Shown here: in pieces, positions 20,104-29,695 of the stretch
Layout: every line of letters starts with the position of its first letter
How positions within the stretch are numbered: the first letter of the stretch is position 1
Virus record (IMG/VR): IMGVR_UViG_3300031707_000001
Span: 124,001 to 188,000 of that record
Reading direction: 5' to 3' (one strand)
DNA: 64,000 bases
Made by a program: the position numbers and the translations under genes
Notes under the pieces: model-generated
Databases searched by the model: none
Seen by the model: the letters and a program-made list of their open reading frames with translations, nothing else
What the model was told of the DNA's origin: nothing

Positions 20104-21552
20104 ATGGGGGGTGCTCAGTTTCTCACGTCTAATCTGCAGATAGCTTATCCTTTCCGGGAGAACGCTTCCGGATTGGCACGTACGGTTCCATCTACTCACG
20201 GCGGTGCCGCCTCTCTTCCGTTAGATTTCCTTGTCGATGCTTACTTCTCGATTCGAGCAGACGACAGCTTATTGTATCTAAAAGAAATAAGTGCACTTGG
20301 GGGTACACAATATTCACTTGTCTTTGCCAACGTAGGTGGTACTCTGCAAGCATCAGTAACGGTGGATGTGGCGGGTTGGTCGCCTTTGATATCCTACGAT
20401 AGGGTCTCTGTTGAAGACGTATCCCACGGAGTTTATGGCAAACTGGTAATCTACATACCCTCAGCATTGGCTTATCTGGCAGGAACTGTCGGTACAGACA
20501 GCTTCGGCAATGGGTTGCCATTGGAGAATTCTGTAGCGGTACCACGCAATGCTTGTGTAGATACTTTTGAGTTATATGATGTGCTTCCACCTGTGCCCGA
20601 TCCGGATACGCCTGGTCCCATCAACGGAAACGTACGATTGACCAGCGGATATAACGTTGTTACGGAACTTGAAGCTGTAGCAGCCCAGGATTTGACAAAC
20701 ATCAACCTTTCAGCATCGCCTAAAAACCAGGCTCCTTGCACGCACGAGGATTCAACATACGTCAAAGGACTTATGCAGTTGCTTCCGGACGAGAATGGTA
20801 ACATACAGATTACCAGCGGCGATGACGGTTGCTATTCGATCGTCTTTGTATCGGCTACGGTAATGCAGATCCAAGGCACATGTACAGCTTGTTGTACGTG
20901 CGATGACTATAAGAACGTTGCAACCGCTTTGGAGAATTTGCTGATTAGGGCCAAGGCGGCTTTGGATATCTTGGACGATGCACACCACAACCCATTCCAC
21001 GGATATTCGTACGGAGTCGAGTATTTCAACAGCGTGGTGGCGCCGGAACGCATAGTGCCCAAGTTGTTGGCAACTGGGCACGCAGGAGCGGCTTGGTCCC
21101 AGGATCCTACTCTCCGAAGTGGTTCGTTGCAGTTGGCCACAATAACGCTTATTGTTCGACACAACTGGCGCTACAAGTATATGTTGATTACAAACTATAC
21201 GTTTGCTACGTCTGGCATGTCTGAAGTAGTTTCCTTGCGGGAATGGAGCACAACAAAGAATGGAACCGACAAGGTGATCTATAGGGGACCATTGACAAAC
21301 CTGGTTGGATTCAATTACTCTGGTGTGTTTCCGGTACCTCCGCCTTATCCATGGAATGCACTGCAGCAGTTGGGCCGGGGAGAGGAAATCCAGCATCATC
21401 TGTTGATCGAAGTTCCGTACTATGATGCTTCACCTATTACCTGGCATGTTCAGATTTCAGCAACCGCACAAGGCTTCAATGCCGTCGATGGTGGCGGTGC
21501 TCCTATCATTCTTGAATCTATGCCGTTGACGCAAAGCATGTTATTCACATGA
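20104..21552 (+). CDS. Structural protein, paralogue 2
   Basis: QFLTSNLQIAYPFRE; LLPDENGNIQI; CTACCTCDDY. Confidence 0.6.
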   Translation: MGGAQFLTSNLQIAYPFRENASGLARTVPSTHGGAASLPLDFLVDAYFSIRADDSLLYLKEISALGGTQYSLVFANVGGTLQASVTVDVAGWSPLISYDRVSVEDVSHGVYGKLVIYIPSALAYLAGTVGTDSFGNGLPLENSVAVPRNACVDTFELYDVLPPVPDPDTPGPINGNVRLTSGYNVVTELEAVAAQDLTNINLSASPKNQAPCTHEDSTYVKGLMQLLPDENGNIQITSGDDGCYSIVFVSATVMQIQGTCTACCTCDDYKNVATALENLLIRAKAALDILDDAHHNPFHGYSYGVEYFNSVVAPERIVPKLLATGHAGAAWSQDPTLRSGSLQLATITLIVRHNWRYKYMLITNYTFATSGMSEVVSLREWSTTKNGTDKVIYRGPLTNLVGFNYSGVFPVPPPYPWNALQQLGRGEEIQHHLLIEVPYYDASPITWHVQISATAQGFNAVDGGGAPIILESMPLTQSMLFT

Positions 21553-22250
21553 GAGATGTATCCTACATACAGTGGTGCAACGAGAACGCTGGTCGGGCTT
21601 ATCCGTTAGCAGAAACGGCTTCTCGAAAGGACAATGATGGAAACGTCATGCCTGACAACATTCTTCTGGACATGTGTTTGTTGGTGCCACCTATCCATGC
21701 CGATTGCTTTGTCAGTTCGATGCGTGTGACAGACAACATCATTTCCTTTGGTATCAGTTCGTCTACCAGCGGGTTGTTTGTGTTTACAGCTGCCTGGGCC
21801 AATATACAGTCAGGCGATTTTTCTGAATGGCTGTCTTATCCGTTGTCGCCGGTAATCGAAGACATCAGCGGATGGGTTGTACTGAATCGGAAAGAACCCG
21901 GCATGACAGGATACTGGAGGTTTTCGTCTAGCATACAGAGCGGTATTGAGACCCGGGCACTTAGGATCGTGGATAGTTTGCCCATTCGTAGTATCATTCG
22001 GAAGGATATGAATCCCTTGTTCTACATGGGTGGGGTAGTCAAGTTGCAGAGCGGCTCAGGAGTACAGATTGTCCGGGACGACGTCAACCCACAAAAGATA
22101 CTTGTGAAATTGACTCCGGACGCTAAAACGGCCATGCTTAGCCCATGCAATAAGCCGGCCGACGCAAAAATTTGTGGCGTGCCACCATTGCGGTCAATCA
22201 ATGGCGTTTGTCCTGATGAAAACGGCAAGATCACCATAAGGTTTGAATAA
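21549..22250 (+). CDS. Structural protein, paralogue 3
   Basis: QWCNENAGRAYPLAE; LRSINGVCPDENGKITI. Confidence 0.6.
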   Translation: MRDVSYIQWCNENAGRAYPLAETASRKDNDGNVMPDNILLDMCLLVPPIHADCFVSSMRVTDNIISFGISSSTSGLFVFTAAWANIQSGDFSEWLSYPLSPVIEDISGWVVLNRKEPGMTGYWRFSSSIQSGIETRALRIVDSLPIRSIIRKDMNPLFYMGGVVKLQSGSGVQIVRDDVNPQKILVKLTPDAKTAMLSPCNKPADAKICGVPPLRSINGVCPDENGKITIRFE

Positions 22251-23377
22251 TGCAACCCATACTATTAGGCGAATATAGAAATCAGAACAGCCGGCGAAAC
22301 TATCCGTTCCGGGATGGTGCTTCGTTGACGGATCAGACTGGTGTAGTGTTGCCAACTGATTTCTTGATTGATGCCTACATCTTTCCCATTGTCCTTCGGG
22401 AATCTGACACCGATCTTCGGGTAACCCAACCTATTGGCGACAGCATTTTTATATCCAAGATCGATCTCACTGAAAGAAAGATCTACATCAACAGCGTGTT
22501 AAGTGGCGTGGTATACGGCATTGCCGAATTCGAAGAGGGCGTGTATACAGCCTACGTCTATGAAGAGCCCAACTACCATCGGCAGATCGGCGTATTGGTA
22601 TTTGGAGACGGCTTGACTGCCGTTCTTCACGGAGCACCTGTACGCACCTTTGTGCCGTGGGCAACATCGTTTACTCCTTCAACCTTTACTATTCTGGACC
22701 AGGTTGGTGTACGAGGCTTTCTACTGGAAGATGGGTCGCTGATAACCGGTGACGTGATCATCGAAGGCCAAGATGGCATTGAGATAACCAGTTACATTAG
22801 TGGTGGCAGTAATACGTTGAAGTTTGAAGTAACAGGGCAGGCACCAGCCAAAGAAGCATGTGCTCCAAGTCAATGTCCGTTTATCAAGGAAATCTGCTTC
22901 GAACGGGCGGACGATAGTGAATTCATGATTGCTCAGCAGAGTACCAATACGGTCAATCTCAATGCGTTTGGGTTTACGTTGGACGATATCTGTGCTGCAC
23001 AGAAGGCACAGGTATTGCCCGATGAAGATGGCAATCTGCCGGCAGCGCCCAAAGCTGGGGATGATCCTTGTGGTACGATACCTACGCCGCCGGTACCGCC
23101 TACGCCTGTTGTGACGGCGCCGATTTGTTTCACCTTGGAGGGTTTGGGTGGAAACATCTTCATCATGACACCGTCAGCCCCTGGCGCTCGTAATCCGGTG
23201 GGCGTGAAGGAAGTAGATCAAAGTGGAAGTCAGTCGCTGGTACGTATCATTCAGGACAAGCCAATAGCTGGGTACCAGGAAATTACTGAACTGACCAATC
23301 AGGTAGCTACACCGCCTTATCTGGCGGGTGGGCTTGTTGTCTATTTCAAGGGCCTCAGAACCCAGAAGAGGAATTAA
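22250..23377 (+). CDS. Structural protein, paralogue 4
   Basis: EYRNQNSRRNYPFRD; LPTDFLIDA; LPDEDGN. Confidence 0.6.
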   Translation: MQPILLGEYRNQNSRRNYPFRDGASLTDQTGVVLPTDFLIDAYIFPIVLRESDTDLRVTQPIGDSIFISKIDLTERKIYINSVLSGVVYGIAEFEEGVYTAYVYEEPNYHRQIGVLVFGDGLTAVLHGAPVRTFVPWATSFTPSTFTILDQVGVRGFLLEDGSLITGDVIIEGQDGIEITSYISGGSNTLKFEVTGQAPAKEACAPSQCPFIKEICFERADDSEFMIAQQSTNTVNLNAFGFTLDDICAAQKAQVLPDEDGNLPAAPKAGDDPCGTIPTPPVPPTPVVTAPICFTLEGLGGNIFIMTPSAPGARNPVGVKEVDQSGSQSLVRIIQDKPIAGYQEITELTNQVATPPYLAGGLVVYFKGLRTQKRN

Positions 23378-23378
23378 C

Positions 23379-24155
23379 ATGCCACGTCAAGTTGAATGGT
23401 TGAATGCAAATGCCTACCGACGTTATCCGTTCGTCGAAGATCAGCAACTGGTATCTGGAAGCTTGACCATGGACGATTCCGTGATCCTGGACTTCAGTGG
23501 TGTCAGTTATCTTCAAGATCCTCGCCCAGTGGCCCTGCAGAGCGTTATGATTATACCAGGTACTCCCAAACAGGGCGTCTTCACTTTCATGTATGTAGGT
23601 GGTCCCGCCGTGTACAATCCATTCAGTTTTATTGTACCGGAGAATGCGGCTGTGCCTTACCAGGCTGTCTTGCACACCGTTGAGGCACATTATTTGGTTT
23701 GTGTTTTTGGGGAGGGACTACAGTCTTTTCTTCAGAATGCTCCAGGAACGTACGTATTTGCCGGACTCCCACAGATCGAGCCGGCGTTGGTTTCCTTTCA
23801 ACCTAATCACCGGGTAACGAATATAGTAGGAACCGGAGCGGGAAGTATAGACCTCGGTAACGGCATGATCCTTCTTGAAGAAGGACATAACTGTCAGATA
23901 GACCTCAACTGGTATTTGAATGCCATTAGTATTTCAGCTATACGTGGAGCTGGCGCAGGGATTGATTGCGCTCCAGTTACAACTGGTGTATTATTGTGCG
24001 AGGATGTTCTCTTGCGCATTAACGGAATGCACGGGAACGATCAAGGGGATTTTATCTTAGGCGGGGGCCCTGGTGTGGAAGTAATTGGCGTGCCAGACGA
24101 GCATAAGGTCATCATTAGGGCCAAGACGTTTGACGAACGCCAGTGTGGAGATTAG
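23379..24155 (+). CDS. Structural protein, paralogue 5
   Basis: EWLNANAYRRYPFVE; LLRINGMHGNDQGDFIL. Confidence 0.6.
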   Translation: MPRQVEWLNANAYRRYPFVEDQQLVSGSLTMDDSVILDFSGVSYLQDPRPVALQSVMIIPGTPKQGVFTFMYVGGPAVYNPFSFIVPENAAVPYQAVLHTVEAHYLVCVFGEGLQSFLQNAPGTYVFAGLPQIEPALVSFQPNHRVTNIVGTGAGSIDLGNGMILLEEGHNCQIDLNWYLNAISISAIRGAGAGIDCAPVTTGVLLCEDVLLRINGMHGNDQGDFILGGGPGVEVIGVPDEHKVIIRAKTFDERQCGD

Positions 24156-24156
24156 C

Positions 24157-25302
24157 ATGCGTTCAGCCTTTCATTTCAGCAGCGAATGTACAGTTATGGC
24201 AGTAAGCGTGGATATCTATAACTTCACGCCCAGCGGACTGCCTTTCTGTAGCATTCCCCCGTTTACAACACCCACAATGATTCCACGGGAACCACAGATC
24301 ATACTGCCACCCGTTGTTCCTCCCGATTTGTGTCACTGTATTACGTTTCTTTCGGCCGATACTACCATTCGTGTTGGAGGAGACATATCAACGCCTGCCT
24401 TCAATGTAGACATTCGTCGGTGTACTGAAGACTGCTGCAATCAGCAATTCAGCGTGCGTGGGACTTTGGATATTCCTTGTATGCCATTCAACGTGCAGTT
24501 GGACAAGACAATCCACGTAGGCAGTATGCCTGCTGTAAATTTTACTGGGGGTATGGTTGCCGGAACAGCTGGCGAATGCAGACTTAGCTTGAACCTAGAC
24601 ATTCAGATTCCCGGTGTAACCCCTGTCAATCTAGAAATGACGATTGGTGAGGTAATTATTAGTGTGGGTACTATTCCTTCGTTGGGGTTGGATTTTACCC
24701 AGCCGGCGCCCAACGTATGGGAGTTAGATGCTCATATTCGGTTTCCGTTAGGAGGGTCGACGCCACCCATACCTGTTTCCATTTGCAACTTGTTCACGGC
24801 AACAGCTATGGTAAGCGTACACGGATCAGGAATTTTCCAGGCCGATTTGTACTTCGGAGCATCGTGTACTTTGTACGGATCGTTCTATGTAAGCTTTCCA
24901 CATTTTAGCGGTGGCAGTGGAAATTTCAGTTGTGGTTTGTTGGAGGCTGGTTATGACATAGCCATTTATCCTACTGCTGGTCGATGCCTGATCCAACATA
25001 CAATCCCAGATTGGCAAACGCATGCTCGTACCTACAATGCAATAAACAATTTGACGGGTGGCGATGGGGGGACACTTTTTGGTATCTGGAGAGAGTTACA
25101 CTTTGTGCAGGATACGCCGTTTCGTGGACATTACACTATAGATATATCAACCTATGGAACGCATAAGTGGGGCGATGAATATGGCTTTGGCAATATTTTT
25201 GTGCTTCCGAGAGGTGGATTGCCTCGACAAGTTCTTCAAAGAGTGAATAACTTTTGGGAAGGTGATCATTTTACCTGGGATTGGGTGCGTGTCCACGATT
25301 AG
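24157..25302 (+). CDS. Hypothetical Cys/Pro-rich structural or fibre protein
   Basis: GGAG RBS; C-terminal LPRGG...QVL......D..W motif seen in phage fibres. Confidence 0.5.
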   Translation: MRSAFHFSSECTVMAVSVDIYNFTPSGLPFCSIPPFTTPTMIPREPQIILPPVVPPDLCHCITFLSADTTIRVGGDISTPAFNVDIRRCTEDCCNQQFSVRGTLDIPCMPFNVQLDKTIHVGSMPAVNFTGGMVAGTAGECRLSLNLDIQIPGVTPVNLEMTIGEVIISVGTIPSLGLDFTQPAPNVWELDAHIRFPLGGSTPPIPVSICNLFTATAMVSVHGSGIFQADLYFGASCTLYGSFYVSFPHFSGGSGNFSCGLLEAGYDIAIYPTAGRCLIQHTIPDWQTHARTYNAINNLTGGDGGTLFGIWRELHFVQDTPFRGHYTIDISTYGTHKWGDEYGFGNIFVLPRGGLPRQVLQRVNNFWEGDHFTWDWVRVHD

Positions 25303-25316
25303 CATGGAGACCAATT

Positions 25317-26417
25317 ATGCCTGCTCCTCTTAATCCTTTTACCCCGATAACGGACGGAACAGATTTGCAAGACAAAAAGATAATCAATGAGATTATCCTT
25401 GCTTTGTATGAACGTCGTAAAGCCTATGACGAGTATCCGCCTCCTCCAGCTCCAGACTCTATTCCGTCCGGTTATAAATCGGCAGCGTACTATCGTGAGG
25501 CCGGGGATTCGCTTCAATCTCAAGGCCTGTGGTGGGAGTTACAAGTTTATCTGTCTGGGCGTATTGGATATTTCATCGACGATCTCCAACCTATAGCACC
25601 AGGAAATACAAGTTTCAAGTATCTGGATTTCAAAACTTTATGTGATCCTTCTCACGCTAATATATGCGATCCTGCCAATCCCACAACACGTTATGGTTTC
25701 AGGAGAGTTCCTTATGGAAACGCTTGGCCTACCGATTGGACCGATTATGGTGATGCACAATATAAGTATTGGAGCGAACCCCCGGGTACGGGAGGCAATG
25801 TTCAAACTGACGACATACTCGGTCCTTGGTTGTTTGTTGATCTTCAAAGGGCATTAAGCGCAATGAAGTGGACAGCATTTGCCGGTGATTGGAATAGCAA
25901 TGAACCTCTTAGCTGGTGGATACAAACATCAGCATCGAGTTCTCCGATTTGTTCTACTGCACTCACAAATCACGATAATTCTTGGTCTGATCCATCATCT
26001 AAGGATATTCCGGGTTATCATTATGAGGTAGTAGCAAAAGGAACTAAGGTTAGTGGATCATATGCGTTTTATTCAGTACGCTACGCTTTTGGTCGCCCCT
26101 GGCTATACCAACCTCCAACTTTTCGTAAAAGTGCATACAGTTTGTATGTGATTCCTGAACCTGTTCAATTCTTTGATACTTTCAAAGATATAGATAGTTG
26201 GACTCCGCCACTTGTTCAGGGACAAATATACAAACTTGAAGACAACCCTGTGGTGTCTGATGCTGCACCCAGAAACAGCCCAAATACTTTTGGAAATTAC
26301 AACGGCGCACCGGTAGAAGCTGCTGGGCTGGGTTGTAGTCCGGATGTTTTAGGTCAATATAGTGTAGCATTCAGCGATACGTATTGGATTTTGAAATGGG
26401 AATTTGCTAATGCATAA
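25317..26417 (+). CDS. Hypothetical protein (possible tail tip/receptor-binding)
   Basis: GGAG RBS; aromatic- and Pro-rich, 366 aa, at the end of the tail module. Confidence 0.5.
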   Translation: MPAPLNPFTPITDGTDLQDKKIINEIILALYERRKAYDEYPPPPAPDSIPSGYKSAAYYREAGDSLQSQGLWWELQVYLSGRIGYFIDDLQPIAPGNTSFKYLDFKTLCDPSHANICDPANPTTRYGFRRVPYGNAWPTDWTDYGDAQYKYWSEPPGTGGNVQTDDILGPWLFVDLQRALSAMKWTAFAGDWNSNEPLSWWIQTSASSSPICSTALTNHDNSWSDPSSKDIPGYHYEVVAKGTKVSGSYAFYSVRYAFGRPWLYQPPTFRKSAYSLYVIPEPVQFFDTFKDIDSWTPPLVQGQIYKLEDNPVVSDAAPRNSPNTFGNYNGAPVEAAGLGCSPDVLGQYSVAFSDTYWILKWEFANA

Positions 26418-26429
26418 AGGAGAAATAAA

Positions 26430-26831
26430 ATGTCAGTAAGCATCACAGTAAAGTATTATCGAAGCGAGCCAACACCGTTGCTTCAAAGTTACGACCTCAA
26501 AGCCGTAGTTGAAGCAGCAACAGATATGCCCAAGGAAATCTTCGTCTTCCAGCGGGGCGTGGCACCGGCAACCCCTGACGGTGTACAGCCGCCGGGCGAT
26601 CGTTTTGTCTGCATCGCTGACCCGGTGGACCTGGAAGAGTTTCCTCCGAATGCTCCGGCGCTTGATGTGGAGATGCCGTACTACCGCCTCAAGGAAGTCA
26701 CGGTGCGCTTTCGCAGCCTCACGGAATTGGAGTACACTCGGGAGCTCATGGACGAGGATATTCGCCGCCTGGTGAATGCACTGAAAGCGACAGAGACACT
26801 GCCCGTGACGGAAGAAATCGTGTATGACTAG
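26430..26831 (+). CDS. Hypothetical protein
   Basis: AAGGAG RBS, 133 aa. Confidence 0.65.
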   Translation: MSVSITVKYYRSEPTPLLQSYDLKAVVEAATDMPKEIFVFQRGVAPATPDGVQPPGDRFVCIADPVDLEEFPPNAPALDVEMPYYRLKEVTVRFRSLTELEYTRELMDEDIRRLVNALKATETLPVTEEIVYD

Positions 26832-27132
26832 ACCTGTTATTCTTTCAGAAACGATGGTGCTGAAGGCATTGGCTGATCCAAAGTTTATAGCCCAAGCACC
26901 AGAATTTTCGGGTCTCCAGAGCAGGGCTAAAAGCCTGCCGCCCAAGCCATCAGGCTGTAGGCACTGTTACCAGGTTCGAGCTGTTACATCTTTACTGCGG
27001 GACTTCATCTATATGGCTATGGCGCTATCAGAGGAACCACGAGCACGAATGAAGAAGTACTTTGGGATCGAAGCCCTTATGTTAAATACGCACAATCCGA
27101 AAACCAATCAAGTCGAGGTAAAGATCATATGA
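26824..27132 (+). CDS. Hypothetical protein with CxxC
   Basis: Overlaps both neighbours; GCRHC. Confidence 0.6.
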   Translation: MTRPVILSETMVLKALADPKFIAQAPEFSGLQSRAKSLPPKPSGCRHCYQVRAVTSLLRDFIYMAMALSEEPRARMKKYFGIEALMLNTHNPKTNQVEVKII

Positions 27133-27764
27133 CACCCGAAATAAGTGCGAAGACTATAGTCGAAAATGCTGTGGCCGGCTGGCAACTTCCGTCAGGACTT
27201 ATATACGGAAGAGGTTTTGCAGATTGGAAGCCGGGCGCTTTACAACATAGCATTGAACTCATTTCTTTCGTGGAAGATCTTGTGGGTATGCAACAACATG
27301 GGATTGCATTGGAGATTGGCTTGGACAAAGGTGGTACTCACCTTGTGTGGAAACACCTCTATGCCAAAGTCATTTCCATAGACATCAATCTTAGCAATTC
27401 TGTAATGTTTGCATCGGGCCTTGTGCATAAACCTGAAGCAAGCAAGATCATTGTATCAAACTCACAACTTCCTTTGACGACTATACTTGTTGCTCAGGAG
27501 TTGAAAGGTGCGTTGGTGGATATGTTATTCATCGACGGGGACTACAACTACAATGCCGTTGAATCCGACTATCTCAACTACGAACCTTACGTGCGATCTG
27601 GAGGTATAGTTGCTTTCCACAATACAATTGGGCAGCAAGGTGTTAAGCAGTTTGTTCAAGAGTTGACGGCGGGCACGCATCCTGTAATCAAGCGTAAGTT
27701 TGCGTTTAAGGCATTTGTAGGCCCAGACAGACCACAAGGTATTGCCTATTATGTCAAGTCCTAG
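27129..27764 (+). CDS. Class I SAM-dependent methyltransferase (Methyltransf_24-like)
   Basis: LEIGLDKGGT; DMLFIDGD; GGIVAFHN. The usual DGDH and FHD motifs are altered. Confidence 0.85.
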   Translation: MTPEISAKTIVENAVAGWQLPSGLIYGRGFADWKPGALQHSIELISFVEDLVGMQQHGIALEIGLDKGGTHLVWKHLYAKVISIDINLSNSVMFASGLVHKPEASKIIVSNSQLPLTTILVAQELKGALVDMLFIDGDYNYNAVESDYLNYEPYVRSGGIVAFHNTIGQQGVKQFVQELTAGTHPVIKRKFAFKAFVGPDRPQGIAYYVKS

Positions 27765-27788
27765 TATAAAAAATATTTTCGAAATATG

Positions 27789-27817
27789 TTGACACTGGGA
27801 TTCAGTCATGATACATT
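27789..27817 (+). promoter_or_regulatory. Sigma-70 promoter, extended -10
   Basis: TTGACA-17 nt-TACATT, preceded by TGn. Confidence 0.7.
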
Positions 27818-27823
27818 TGTCTC

Positions 27824-27940
27824 AGAATGAAGGTAGTAGAAGGTAACCTACGACTTTTCTACACCAGCCTTTGCCCGAGGCTTGATTGTCCTTCCTTCAC
27901 CGTGGGGGTCCAGTCTAACGATTGGGCCCCCACTCCTTTT
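27824..27940 (+). ncRNA. Candidate structured small RNA or attenuator leader
   Basis: TGAAGG/CCTTCA closes two hairpins (GTAGAAG/TTTCTAC and AGCCT/AGGCT), followed by a terminator hairpin. No family recognised. Confidence 0.4.
27902..27940 (+). terminator. Intrinsic terminator
   Basis: GTGGGGGTCCAGTC-taac-GATTGGGCCCCCAC, then TCCTTTT. Confidence 0.7.
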
Positions 27941-28012
27941 GGCTTAATATCTCTCGTATTCCAGCTATAACTATTGAAGCAGAAAGTAGCCATTAACCAA
28001 AAGGAGGTTCAA

Positions 28013-28687
28013 ATGAGAACCCTAATTATACTGGCAGTGTTGATGTTCTCGAATGTTGTGTTTGCCCAAACCAAAGCGCATAAGCCTATGCCCAATAGGA
28101 ACGTGCCAACAGCACCGGCGGTAGCTGATCCGCCTATTGCTGTAACAACACAAACGCAGTCGCCCGAGCCGGACGCACTGGTCGAGTTGCGACAACAGCA
28201 TCAAAAGAAAATTGACGCTGTTGTTCGTCCACTGGCACAAAAATACGTGAAGGATCTTCAAAGCCTTCAAGAGACGTTTACCAAAGCCAACATGTTGCAG
28301 GAAGCGCTGGCTGTTCAGGCGGAGGTCAAATCGGCGCAAGATGAGCTTAACGTCGATAAACCTGTATTGGGTAGCATAGGCAAACATACGCTGAAAGTTC
28401 GGTTGACCGTCGACGGTACGGACAAGTTGATCCTGTCCAGATCCAGTCTGACGTATCAACATTTTGAATCCGCACCCGCCACAGGTGCTACGGTAAACGG
28501 GAAAGCATGGAGTCTGTCTAGCGCCTATGACATTAGACCAAACATCCCCAGTACGAGAAGTATGACGGCGAAGAAGATTGCCGGGCGAGGCAGAGTAAAC
28601 ATTGTCGAAACCAAAGATGGCGTCGTTGCCACGATTGAAGATCCAATACCCTATACCGATGTTTACGAAGTTGAGTTTACCTGGTAA
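28013..28687 (+). CDS. Exported protein (signal peptide), moron-like
   Basis: AAGGAGG RBS; MRTLIILAVLMFSNVVFA-Q signal peptide; helical Y...L..L...FTKA...EA.AV segment. Confidence 0.75.
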   Translation: MRTLIILAVLMFSNVVFAQTKAHKPMPNRNVPTAPAVADPPIAVTTQTQSPEPDALVELRQQHQKKIDAVVRPLAQKYVKDLQSLQETFTKANMLQEALAVQAEVKSAQDELNVDKPVLGSIGKHTLKVRLTVDGTDKLILSRSSLTYQHFESAPATGATVNGKAWSLSSAYDIRPNIPSTRSMTAKKIAGRGRVNIVETKDGVVATIEDPIPYTDVYEVEFTW

Positions 28688-28712
28688 TTACTGATAAGTT
28701 CGTGTCCTTGGG

Positions 28713-28739
28713 AAAAGAAGGCCACAGGGCCTTCTTTTT
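28713..28739. terminator. Bidirectional intrinsic terminator
   Basis: AAAAGAAGGCC-acag-GGCCTTCTTTTT. Confidence 0.75.
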
Positions 28740-28744
28740 AACTA

Positions 28745-28773
28745 TTGCATCCAACACATTGTTCTGTTACATT
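28745..28773 (+). promoter_or_regulatory. Sigma-70-like promoter
   Basis: TTGCAT-17 nt-TACATT with TGn extension. Confidence 0.55.
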
Positions 28774-28794
28774 GATGGCAACCATGGAGTAGCT

Positions 28795-29262
28795 ATGTAC
28801 TATATCAAGCCGCAGCCTATGGGCGTGACGCCACCGGTAGCTGAGGACGGCATTCCGCTTTGGAAGGCTGTTAGCGGCGATAAACTTGTGCTTCGAAGTC
28901 CTATTACGCTTTTGAACGGGACCCCCGTCAATCCTGGCAATTCCGTTCTGACGTTCGTTCTAACAGAAAATAGATTCGATCAGTTGGCTCTTTGGACGGG
29001 CGTTTGGCGTGACGGGATTGCAGAAGTGGATCCTGTCAATCATCCTGGCCTCGTTGAAGTTAGCATACCTCAGGACTTGGCCAACCGTCTGCGCCGGGGC
29101 ATATACAACTTTTCTTTGACTGTAACCGGACGCTTGGGACAAGATCCGGCCGTGACGCTGAAAGGCTCTTTGTTGATGGAGTACGAACCTTCGTCACCTG
29201 AGCACAACATACCCTACAAACACCAGGAATCGGATCACTACAACTATGAAGATTACCCCTAA
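28795..29262 (+). CDS. Hypothetical protein
   Basis: GGAG RBS before ATG 28795; beta-sandwich-like. Confidence 0.6.
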   Translation: MYYIKPQPMGVTPPVAEDGIPLWKAVSGDKLVLRSPITLLNGTPVNPGNSVLTFVLTENRFDQLALWTGVWRDGIAEVDPVNHPGLVEVSIPQDLANRLRRGIYNFSLTVTGRLGQDPAVTLKGSLLMEYEPSSPEHNIPYKHQESDHYNYEDYP

Positions 29263-29695
29263 CGAATTGTACGGTCTGGCCAGTTTGATTAAGGTAGCTC
29301 AAGAGAAACCTCCTGAGAAAAAGCGTAAGGAGCCCGAATATTCGGCGGCTTATCCTTCATATAGCAAATCGTTGGTAAGTCAGTTGCATGAAAACCCCAC
29401 GGGTGCGGGACTTCGGCGGGGACTTACGGCAGGTACACTTGGTGCAATCCTAGGGGCGTTGGCGACTCGTATCGCAACAGATCGTCCCGAGTTGATAGCT
29501 GCAGGGGGTTTGGGTGGCGGGCTGTTAGGGGCCATTCCCGGATATCAATCTGGCAAGCAAGAAGCACAAAGCGAGAACTCTCGTCGTTTATTTCTACGTC
29601 GGCTTGGTATTTCCCGACCCGGGGAATTGGAAGCTTTGATCCGCAAGTATCCTGAAGCGGAAAAAATGGTTCTTCAGGAAGGAGCAAACATCTAA
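29246..29695 (+). CDS. Glycine-zipper protein (possible internal virion/ejection protein)
   Basis: GTLGAILGAL and GGLGGGLLG motifs; N-terminal LIKVA. Confidence 0.55.
   Translation: MKITPNELYGLASLIKVAQEKPPEKKRKEPEYSAAYPSYSKSLVSQLHENPTGAGLRRGLTAGTLGAILGALATRIATDRPELIAAGGLGGGLLGAIPGYQSGKQEAQSENSRRLFLRRLGISRPGELEALIRKYPEAEKMVLQEGANI

Noticed and set aside
24157-26417. Diversity-generating retroelement targets
   Set aside because: No reverse transcriptase and no adenine-specific TR/VR repeat pair seen in the window.
1-27132. Tailocin, eCIS or T6SS locus instead of a phage
   Set aside because: Terminase, ligase, SbcCD, homing endonucleases and the absence of host housekeeping genes indicate a phage genome.
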